Source: Ostrea edulis (taxonomy: Eukaryota). From it: DNA of 64,000 bases. The DNA lies in the NCBI RefSeq assembly GCF_947568905.1, contig NC_079165.1:28272001-28336000 (forward strand), in the 5' to 3' direction. A model generated the notes under the pieces. That model was given only the letters and a program-made list of their open reading frames with translations. It was not told the origin of the DNA and did not search any database. Below, piece after piece: positions 23,748 to 33,505 of this stretch (position 1 is the first letter of the stretch; each line of letters opens with the position of its first letter). The position numbers were made by a program, and so were the translations under genes.

Positions 23748-26700
23748 TTATTGTCTGTCGTCTGTCTGTAAACTTTTTACTTGCGAATATATAAGGAAAA
23801 TCTATAAATATGGGCCAGGGTGACTCAGGTGAGCGATGTGGTCCATGGGCTCATTGTTGGAGTTTTGAATACCATTACCAATTCTGTATTTAGAGTAAAT
23901 TACATGTATATAGATAGTTTATATCAATATGTGTTTTCATAAGTTTTCAATTCAATTTTATGGATCTTTTTCAGTTCAGCGTGGACTAATGCCTCATATC
24001 ACACAGATTGCTGCACAAGTTATGGATTCTGATGCCGAGTTTTCATATTATGTTTCACCTAAAGTACCCATCAATGAAAATACTGAACAGATAACTGGGA
24101 TATCCTGGGATGGTGAACACATGACTGTGCACGGAAAGCAAGTGGCAACTGTATCGATAACAGAAGCACTTTCAAAATTTTTAATTTTTTTGAAGAACAT
24201 TAGCAATGTTGTTTTGATTGCACACAATGGAAGAGTTTTTGACTTCCGTGTTCTATCCTATGCTATATGTAGAGTAGGAATGATGAATGAATTTTCAAAT
24301 CATGTTTTAGCATTTGTGGATTCTTTGTCATCATTGCGTTCAAAAGTTCCAAAACTTGGTTCTTATAAGCAAGAATTTCTAGCAGAATATTTCTGTCAAG
24401 AATCTTACAATGCTCATGATGCAGTTGATGATGTTAAAATGCTAGCTAAGATTTTGTGTGCAAGTGGCATGACAAAAGCAGATTATGTAAAACATTCTTA
24501 TGCATCAAATTGTCATTTTTTACAAGAAGAGTTCAATCTTGTCAAGGCCAAAAATATTGGCACCCTACATTGTCTTGTTGCCAGTGGTGTTCTCAAATTA
24601 GCTACTGCAGAAAATATAGCAGGTTCTGGCCTAAATCTACAACATTTGAAACTTGTTTGGCAGAGAGATGGTGAAGATGGTCTGAGAAATATTTTTACTG
24701 CAAAAAATTGTATCGAGAAACCACGTGTTACCAAAGATAAAAAGTTGTTGGGAAATATTATTCCAAAGCTTTGTTCATTTTTTGAACAGTAAATTTGTCA
24801 TGTTTTATAAGCATGTTTTGTGTTTGACACATGTAAAGTTGATACATTAGCTATTTGGTCTTTAGATGTGAAAAGTAAACTTTATATGATAATGAGCATT
24901 TCCTAATGATTCAAGGTCAGGTCGATGTTAGTGACATTTATCATTGTTTTATTAAGAGTTCCTATGCTTTCATTGTTTGAATGATACATTTTTCATATGT
25001 CTGTTAATTTTTTTTTCCAAATTGGAATGTTGCATCAAAATGTTTCAATGTTAAGATTTTTGTAAGGGGGGGGGGGGGGGGATGTGGTTCAACATAGTAT
25101 AATGTAAGTTTCCTATGGTAAATGTCTTTATAATTGTGGTAAACAAAAATATAGGGATTGAACTTCATTTGCAGTACATTATTTGTGAAAAGTTTACATT
25201 ATCTTTTTTTAAAAAACAGCGATTTTGTACATTTCGCCGTTTTGCACTTGAATTTTTGTATTGGGGGTGGGGGTGTTCAACATAGCATATTTAAAGTTTT
25301 CTACGGTAAATATCTTTATAATTGTGCTAAACAAAAATATAGGGATTGAACTTCATTTGCAGCAAAATATTTGTGAAATTTCTGCATCATTTTTTTTTAA
25401 AATAGCAATTTTGTACATTTCACCTTTTTGCACTTGAATTTTTATTTTTCTATTTTTCATGTTTTCTCATAGTCAATCTGTCTTTTTGATGTTAGAAGTG
25501 TTTTAAAATAAAAATTATGCTATAATAATAAAAGAAAACTTTAAATGTCTATTTATTTCTTATTTTATTTCATTATTTGAAAAAAAAGTTGCAGCATAAT
25601 TGAAAAATGTTGGGAAATATAAATAATTGATAATATAAGGTAATTTTGCGGTAAATTTTCAATAAAAAACATAGATATATCTTTTAGCATCAATTACGGT
25701 CATAATACACACCTTGATTTACATTTTATAAAAATCCGCTAATGTGGGTCGGATACCTTAAATGCAGCAAACCGTATAGAAATCAACGATGTGATACGAA
25801 AATGAAGAAAAAATATCAACTTCTTCTAAGTCTTGAAAATTTTAACAAATTGTGACAATATATGACAATGGAGTCGTGGTAAAACACCAGTAATAACTCC
25901 CGTTATTCTTTATTTGGAATATGAATCTTATCATTTTGATTTATGTTGTTTGGAGAAAGAATTACACTTCATCATCAGACGGTATCAGTTTTAGAATTCA
26001 AAGAATTTGAAACAACCGTTTCGTTTTCGTTTGTTAAAAGTCCCATTTGAGAGTTTTCCCACTCCATGTAGAGACCTCACCAGTTGTAGATGAAGTCACT
26101 ACGTAAAAATTCAACAGTTAAAAACACATCTGTGCAAAAGAAACTTGCCTGTAAGAACACATTATGGCGGCCCCTGTAGGAATGAAACCTCCTGATGTAT
26201 GCTAAGAACACATTTGGAATAGCACAAATGTTGGAGGCAAAAGGACCTTTCTGTTCAACAGGGATTTCTTTAACTCGGGTTATCAGAGTATAACGAGCAA
26301 ACTCCCTCTTGGTTTTTTCTATCGCTTTTGCGCATGCGTTGGCAGTTCTTTCAATAATCAAATTCATATCTGCACCATCTGCAAAAAATGCTGGATTACC
26401 TTGCAAGGACAATTGGGCATGAGAAGGTGAAGACACCATTGTTCCTTTAGAGCCCTTACTTCCGATGTCTCCTCCGATCGTAAAAAAAATTTTTTGTTCC
26501 GAAATTGGGATCAGCATTTGCAAATTTGTACACATTGTACTGTGCTTTGATTTATCCAACTCTCTACAAATTTCTGAACAGTACACAACCGACCTACAGT
26601 TTGGACACAAGACATTTCCGGCTGCCGATTTACATCGATTACATGAAAACTCGGTATACTTTTTTATTTCTTCTGGTGAAAAAATTATATCATTTCGGTT

Positions 26701-27538
26701 TCTCCCTCCTTGTTCTTCGGGTTTAACAAGACCCATAATATAGCAATCCATGTCGCTCAGAGTCTCTCTGACTGTCGTCTGCAATCTACCGCCTCTACAG
26801 GACATTTTGTGCTTCTTCCAATCCGACGACTGGCAAGATTGGGAGCAATAATAAACTGCTCTACATTGCGAACACACAAGAGAATTGTTTTTACATTTAC
26901 AGTGTGCACATATGGGTGATAGTTCCTCTGCAATATCTGCTTTTGAACATTCGGATTTATGCCTTTTCCAGTCCTTTTTCTGACATTTCTCCGAGCAGTA
27001 CTTCTGTTTTCTACATCTGTTGCATGTCTTCATTTGACCTTCTACTCCACACAAAGAGCACGTTTCTCGTGTGATTTTATCAGCATCTTTCTCAAAATCT
27101 GCAGCTCGGTCATAGATAGCCTCCCTCTCCTCAAGTTCATTGTCAATACCACTATCTACATCTATGGTCTTTGAACATTCGGTTTTGTGTCTCCGAGTCC
27201 AATCACTACGTTGACATTTTCTAGAGCAGTATAATACCGCACTGCATCCTGAACATTTCTTTAGCTGATCTGATGGTTTACCACAGAAATGACACGTGTC
27301 TTTACACCTATCTGGACCTGTACAAAGATAAAAGTAGAGTGTATTTACAGGACCGGGTATGCTGTCCGAATAGGGCATGTGCAAAAGCCTAATAGCGAGT
27401 TTCTTAAAACGCGAGACTGCGCGACGGCGTGTTGTGTATTAACGTATGCGTTTTAAGAAACGCGCTATTCCGCTTTTGCACATGACCCTATCCGAACACC
27501 ATAACCGGGTCTATATTACACGTACGCACCTCCCCCCT

Positions 27539-27577
<39 letters not shown>

Positions 27578-27730
27578 TTCCAACAACACCAGATACCTAA
27601 AAATGTCGGATCCACACAGTGGATACAAGGTCTATTGTACAAGAATGATATAAAGTACTAACCTGCCCCTTCCTTGGGACAAAAGGTAAAGTTTTACGTA
27701 TGTAAAACATGTACAAAAAAAAGAAGCTAG

Positions 27731-27770
<40 letters not shown>

Positions 27771-30584
27771 CAATTACATGTTTATTGTATTTGGCTTGCT
27801 AATTATTACATGTTTTTAACTGCGAATGAGGTTACTCCTATTCGTCCAGTGGACTGGCCTTGCATCCACTTGTGGATCCCACACTCAGAATCCAGTGCTT
27901 TATATATACAAGCTCTAAAAAAGATGGCTAAAGATAAAAGATATACGAAAAAAAGACTTGCAATAAAACATGTAATTTGCAGTGTAAATATGTTTTTGGA
28001 TTTAATATAGTTTTAGTGCAATGTTCTCTCTCGTATATGTTAGCCATTTTATGCAAACCTTTTCGCTTGTCCTGAAGAACGGACAGGTCGTCCCGAAAAT
28101 TTGATAACCTAATTGTTTGTGTCATTGGTTATTTTACTGCTTTGTATAAATCTTGTATTTGACCTTGTATCCACGTTGTGAATCCTACACTGATAGGTGT
28201 TTATATACATGTATATATCTTTATTTTCTTCTAAAACTGGTAATATCTTTACCCAGTACTGAAAAAACCAATAATGAAGACACAATCATTTCTGAAATAC
28301 TTAATCTATGTAATATGATAGCACCATCTTACAGAATTCCGTCTGCAGACTATCCTCCCAGTCAGCCTCAACATCCCTGCCTTCCTCTGTCACTCCGCAT
28401 TCCTGTCTGTGTGTGGGCCAGTCCCGACCCTGACACGCCGAGGAGCAATACCAAGTCTTCCAACAGCCAGTGCACAGTCGGCTATTTTCCAAATTTCCAC
28501 ATACTCGGCACTCCTCTGTGTATTTCCGCCCAATGGGATATGCTTAAGAATTAAAAAAGAATTATTTATTATTTTTCAACAGTGAAATACTGCAATTTAT
28601 CCAATGAATAAAAATAGATATTTTCACGGTTGTTATTTTCTCAGCATGAAGATAATCACAGTATGAAAATATGAACCAGAACAAGCAAATTGCCGGGATA
28701 TTCATCCGCGATAAACATGTACATAATCACATTTATTTTTATATATAATCTAAAATGTTTCATGTTTGAATAATGAAAATAAAACTGACGTTAAGTTGTC
28801 TTATTGCTCAAATGTATTGGTTTATATCTGCGCAACATTGGTTTGAACGTCATGAAATAGATTTTATATCCCACAACAAAACAATATACAGCCTTGTAAA
28901 AGGCCCTAGAGTAATTTGTCTTATATAAGGCGCTATATAAATTTTCTCTATTATTATTATTATTATTAGTATACAGAGAATAGCAAAATGCAATGTAATC
29001 ATTTTCAAAAAATAAAATAAAATGTACATCTTTCTAAACGTATCTTTTCATGTTTATCTGTATTTTTAAAAAAAGAGAATACATTTGACACATATAGAAC
29101 AATTTTGAAAAAAAAAAAAAATAACGATATCGTATATAAGAATATTCTATAGACATGTGTAGCTACAACAGTTTATTAATAGATTAGAGCTGTTTGTGTC
29201 ACGTGTACACCTCACCCGCCCCTGTCAGACATGTCGTCTTGTGACCCCCTTTCCAATGTTTTCTCTGACAGTCCCTAGAACAGTACCATTCTCCCTTACA
29301 ACGACTACACCTTTGTAAATCCAGGGATCGCAGGCCACAAAAACTGCATTCATTTCCTTCATCCATTTTATTTGCTACAAATATATAGGAGGATAGCACA
29401 CTGTCTACCATTCAGAATGAATTACGAATTTCTTTATTAAATTTTTCAATTATTTTCTGTAACAATCCCGCTAGCTACAACAGACCTTGATTTAAAACAC
29501 TTTTAGACATAGAATGATTTCATATAGAACACGCAAGTCAAGAACAAGTAATCAATGTAATAAGAAACTGAGTTTTATAGAAATGTATTTCTCACAAAAC
29601 AGATCACGGAATCTTAAAAAAATAAATAAATAAGTAAATGATAAAAAAAAAAAAAAAAAAAAAACCAACAAAAAAACCGTTTATACTATTTTGTATGATA
29701 TTTTGCTTGGCCAATAATCCAAACATTTTATCTATACACCCCCCCTCACATTTTTGTACGTTCCATCATCCATTTATCCACAAGATATTGCAACTTGGGT
29801 GCAACTTTTAAAACTGACAATACGCTCAGACTTTCAATTTTAACTTTAAATTTCTATATACGGGATATGTTTGCATTCTGCGATCATTATTTATTCCAGA
29901 TCTACTGGTATCAAACTTTTGAAAAAAATCTTGTTGGAAGACAAGGGTATGTATTTATTTGATGTAATGATTGATTTGTTAGTTGAGTTGACTCCAACAG
30001 ACAAAAATTTATGTGAATGAATCAAAAGAAGATTTACAAGTACAAAAAGGTCAAGTCTTGCTTACTGTGGCTCAAAAACAAGAAATTAATGACCAGTTTT
30101 TATTTTCATAAATACCTTTTAATGTAGAAATTAAAACTATATTTCCATAAGGATTTGCAATATCACAAAAATAAGGTTTAAACCTCAAAATGCAGTATAA
30201 TCATTTTCAAAAAATAAAATAAAAAATATTTTTCTAACCGAGCCTTTTCATGATGTTTATCTGTAATTGGACTTTTGGAATAGCAATAAATCTAAAAGGA
30301 ATCTTTGTCATGCAGAAAAATTTTGTAGAAGATTATAATAACGTATACAATGTAAGAATTCTATACATGTGTAGCTACAACAGTGTATTAATAGATTAGA
30401 GCTGTTCGTGTCACGTGTACACCGTACCCTCACCGGTCCCTGTCAGACATGTCGTCTTGTGACCCCCTTTCCAATGTTTTCTCTGACAGTCCCTAGAACA
30501 GTACCATTCTCCTTTACAACGACTACACCTTTGTAAATCCGGGGATCGCAGGCCACAAAAACTGCATTCATTTCCCTCATCCAT
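18333..30584 (-). CDS. Multi-MYND zinc-finger protein (7 MYND fingers plus uncharacterised C-terminal domain), about 628 aa, at least 5 coding exons
   Basis: Minus-strand exons are 30592-30434 (ATG at 30584), 29374-29216, 28542-28333, 27317-26149 and 18530-18333, giving 1887 nt in frame from the ATG. Three phase-1/1 exons each carry one CxxC..CxxC..YC..CQ..W..H..C finger and the large exon carries four. The last intron has a CAG|GCAAGT donor and a TTTTTTCCCAG|GAT acceptor. AATAAA (minus) lies at 18294-18289. Upstream exons are not excluded. Confidence 0.8.
19819..20325. mobile_element. Probable nested non-autonomous insertion (Helentron/HINE-like) in transposase intron 2
   Basis: An 11-bp inverted pair GAGGGCGAAGC (19819-19829) and GCTTCGCCCTC (20315-20325) flanks the region. 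A perfect 12-bp stem CTCTCACGGCCC-TTC-GGGCCGTGAGAG lies at 20287-20313. Confidence 0.45.
20423..20602 (-). mobile_element. Meta-core SINE fragment nested in transposase intron 2
   Basis: Reverse complement of the SINE 3' half seen at 10240-10530 and 41976-42230, with a (TGAT)n tail at 20423-20435. Confidence 0.7.
23702..23858. mobile_element. Short Helentron-associated element (HINE) in transposase intron 9
   Basis: It starts TTTTAGCTGACCTTAGCTGAAAGCTCAAGTGAGC, contains GTCTGTC microsatellite-like units and ends CAGGTGAGCGATGTGGTCCATGGGCTCATTGTT. This is the typical bivalve HINE layout as I recall it. Confidence 0.7.
25065..25445. repeat. Two degenerate ~190-bp direct repeats near the transposon 3' end
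   Basis: TTCAACATAG...GGTAAAT.TCTTTATAATTGTG.TAAACAAAAATATAGGGATTGAACTTCATTTGCAG...TTTTGCACTTGAATTTT occurs twice. Confidence 0.8.
27351..27511. mobile_element. Palindromic (foldback) MITE-like element in a MYND gene intron
   Basis: Inner arms 27391-27412 and 27448-27469 match at 21/22 positions. Imperfect arms extend to 27351 and 27511. Confidence 0.7.
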
Positions 30585-30775
30585 TTCAATTGCTACAAAT
30601 ATATAGGAGGATAGCACAAAGACTACCATTTTCAGAAATTCTTTATTACATAATCCAATTATTTTCCGCAATATTCCCGTTAATTGAAAAAGACTTTGAT
30701 TTAAAACACTTTAAGATACGGAGTGATTCCACACAGAATACGTAGGTTAAGTTATCAATGTAAGAAACTGAGGTT
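28985..30775 (-). repeat. Tandem duplication (~600-bp homologous blocks, offset ~1.2 kb) carrying two copies of a MYND exon
   Basis: Exons 29216-29374 and 30434-30592 differ at 7 of 159 nt. The flanking intron sequence is also homologous but more diverged. Confidence 0.9.
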
Positions 30776-30861
30776 GTGTGGGAACATGTGTTTCATGTTT
30801 GTAAATAGGAGAGACTTGGAACTAATTCAAATGCGATAATTTTAACAAGTTTAATGGCGTT

Positions 30862-31010
30862 GCTGAAATGTCGTGCCTCAGGTTTGAAATACTTCAATAG
30901 TGGTGCTGAAATGTTGCGCTTCAGGTTTGAACCTCTTTAATGGTGATGCTGAAATGTTGCGCCTCAGGTTCAAACCTCTTTAGTGCTGGTGTTGAAATGT
31001 TGCGCCTTTC
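30862..31010. repeat. 43-bp tandem repeat, about 3.5 copies
   Basis: G(C/T)TGAAATGT.G.GC.TCAGGTT units start at 30862, 30905, 30948 and 30991. Confidence 0.85.
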
Positions 31011-31053
31011 CGAACTTGTTGCATTAAAGTGAAATAATATCAACTCCAGTTTA

Positions 31054-31488
31054 GTTACTGATTATCCACTATTCGGTTACTGATTAACCACTATTCAGTT
31101 ACTGATTATCCACTATCAGTTACTGATTATCCACTATTCGGTTTCTGATTATCCACTATTTGGTTACCAATTAACCACTACTTAGTTACTGATTAACCAC
31201 TATTCGATTACTGATTATCCACTATTCGGTTACTGATTATCCACTATTCGGTTACTGATTATCCACTATCAGTTACTGATTATCCACTATTTGGTTACTG
31301 ATTATCCACTATTCGGTTACTGATTAACCACTATTCGGTTACTGATTATCCACTATTTGGTTGATTATATACTATTTGGTTACTAATTAATCACTATTCA
31401 GTTACTGATTAACCACTATTTGGTTACTGATTATCCACTATTTGGTTACTGATTAACAACTATTCCGTTACTGATTAACCACTATTCG
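31054..31488. repeat. 22-bp minisatellite, about 20 copies
   Basis: Unit GTTACTGATTATCCACTATTCG with AT/AA and C/T variants. Confidence 0.95.
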
Positions 31489-31671
31489 AGAATTAAAGTT
31501 TCACCTCAGAAGTCCGAATGACTTCATCTCTTGCAACTTACTGCAACAAGTCAGACTGTCTTGTTTTCTTGCAACATGTCATTAGCTTATGTTTTCTTCA
31601 TTTGCTGAATACAAAATGGCCCTCAAAATTGTATAGCTTATTGCAGCGGTCAGCCGGTTTCGATCTTCGGT

Positions 31672-31745
31672 GACCAGAGAGCTCAATTGGTATCTAGCAT
31701 CTGACTAGAGGTTCAGGGGGCCCGGGTTCGAATCCCGGTCTAGTT
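31672..31745 (+). pseudogene. tRNA-like sequence (repeat-derived pseudo-tRNA or SINE head)
   Basis: It has an A-box-like AGCTCAATTGGT and a B-box GGTTCGAATCC (31725-31735). The acceptor and D stems are degenerate, so it is not called a functional tRNA. Confidence 0.55.
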
Positions 31746-33285
31746 GCATATTCTCCCTTCCTATTAGATTTGGTGTCGTGATAAAGACGATATAACTTGT
31801 ACTTTGGGAGAATCTATATTTATTTCAGTCCCAGCATGCACAGGTTTCCTGTTACATTCTAATTAATGAATATGACATCGAACAACACCCGACTTTCCAA
31901 GAAATGAAGCAATTTTCAAGATACCTTAACACACAAATACCTTTAAAATCTTATTAAACACCAATGGAGGGAATGCTAGATTTCATTTCCTGCAAGAAAT
32001 TTATATGACCGAAGTGAAAGTAAATGTAGCTACTTTCAATTTACTTTTTCACTTCTTCGTAAAATCATATCCCTCTTTTGGTGTCTAGTGAAAAGGTAGC
32101 AACAAGAGAAAGTGTCCTATTTCTAATTGAAGAGAGATCTAATGACAAACGCGTTATGATGATGTTACATACTAAAAAGTGGACTTCAAAGAAAGGTGGA
32201 ATCCTAATCTATAGTTGAACACGACAACTTTGTGACACAATAGGAAATACAACATGTTCTGTACCTTAGGCTTTCACGTCTGCAAAACGACCTGCTTCCG
32301 TGTTTTCGTTGAAAACAAAACGAAAGTATAACCGTGTCGTGATTTTCGTTTTTTTCAAAAACGTGTAACGCCACTAACGGTAACTGTTGTGGGTTAGTTG
32401 TCATCGAAATGAAGAGGAAAAACACGTTTTAACTATGACTTTTCAGTCTAGAAGAATAAAGTATATTGGCCAATCCCCCAGAATAATTTCTTTCAAATTC
32501 CCTGCTATTATAAAAATCTTAATAGAAACACAACGATATCGCAGTTATCGTTCTTTGCATTGCAGTTGCATGTGGACAGACTACCAATTATTTTGCTATA
32601 CATTCCTTTATAACATAGAAATTAATATAAAAAATTCCACCGCCTCAACTTACCTGAAACTTGGTACAGACTTAGAACAATTCAAGTCCAAAAATATTTG
32701 TGAATCTCAGGAAAATCCACCGCACACAAGTCCTGTTATGACATCGCAAGTAACCCCTACCCTGCATATTTCCATTTCCCTTTGAGAAGCAGGTAAACAA
32801 TGGCCTATTTACACCCTTCCTACTACACACTTAAGAGCAGAATTTCCCATTATTATAAGTTTTTAATTTTTTTCAGACCCTCTTCTTTCCATCTATGCCC
32901 TATAATAACACAAATCCACCCCACATACATCCCCAAGAATTTTTAAGAAAAAACCTCTATTTATAAACAGGCACTACTTGCGTCAATGAAATAGGGGTAA
33001 AATTAGTAGTCTGTAACCATGTGAACATTGGCGGTAGGGGAGCCGGGAGTGGGGCTAGAGTTAGGCCCTATTGGGTACAGAGAAAAGCCTCTGAGGACCG
33101 ATTTTACAACTTATGATAATTATAAACTTTTCTAGTATTCTGGGATTCGTTTACAATCGACTATTGTGGGCAATGCACCCAAAAGGTTACAGTAGTCGGG
33201 CCAAAATGCTGACATTGTCCCAAATTACAGCCAAAATGTATCATCCTCTCCCAATCTGACGGTGGTTAGATGAAAAGAGAATACG

Positions 33286-33505
33286 TTTTGTTTGTTGCAT
33301 GTCCCTTCGAGAATTTTTTACTCATACTGAGACGTCACCAGTTTTTGGCGAAGTACCACAAATTTAGACCTACATGCTTAGAGCTCAGTTCCTTCTTTAA
33401 CGTGCAAACGCCTTACACGACGCGGGACCTCCGTTATTAAGGTCATATCCGAAAGAACTGTGATTCTCACTTCTGAATGCCGAGCGACTACTACCTATGT
33501 TTTGG
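33286..33505 (-). mobile_element. Meta-core SINE copy
   Basis: GTCCCTTCGAGAATTTTTTACTCATA...TTCTTTAACGTGC...CGGGACCTCCGTT is the reverse complement of the SINE core and 3' end. Confidence 0.65.

Larger units (their letters stand above)
18908..24792 (+). pseudogene. DDE transposase fused to a C-terminal DEDDh exonuclease, 10 exons, 1049 codons, one in-frame TGA
   Basis: Exons are 18908-19418, 19528-19708, 21030-21128, 21253-21336, 21535-21681, 21793-21962, 22057-22868, 23256-23448, 23542-23676 and 23975-24792 (3150 nt, all GT-AG, phases compatible). Catalytic motifs are ADHGWQKRG (D at 21923), EGDGD (22296) and SQACEHAN (E at 22740), with a DRNH motif. Exonuclease motifs are IIDLETTGL, IAHNGRVFD and YNAHDAVDD. 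The TGA is at 21893-21895. Confidence 0.85.
18695..25757 (+). mobile_element. Full-length Kolobok-like DNA transposon, 7,063 bp
   Basis: TTAA flanks the element at 18691-18694 and 25758-25761. The TIRs GGTATCCGAACCTCATTAG and CTAATGTGGGTCGGATACC match at 17/19 positions. GG..CC termini with a TTAA TSD fit Kolobok rather than piggyBac (CC..GG). An internal transposase gene is present. Confidence 0.88.

Noticed and set aside
18695-25757. piggyBac assignment for the TTAA element
   Set aside because: The termini are GG..CC rather than CC..GG, and the transposase motifs are not piggyBac-type.
26077-27384. 435-aa single-exon MYND protein as given in the ORF track
   Set aside because: The first 22 and last 23 residues are intronic under the splice model (acceptor 27318, GC donor 26148).
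31672-31745. Functional tRNA gene
   Set aside because: The B-box is good but the D and acceptor stems are mispaired and the flanks look repeat-derived. It is kept only as tRNA-like.
26018-32356. IRF/ISRE-like GAAANNGAAA motifs at about 26020-26033 and 32311-32356
   Set aside because: These are short A-rich motifs expected by chance in AT-rich DNA, and the promoter of the MYND gene is not located.
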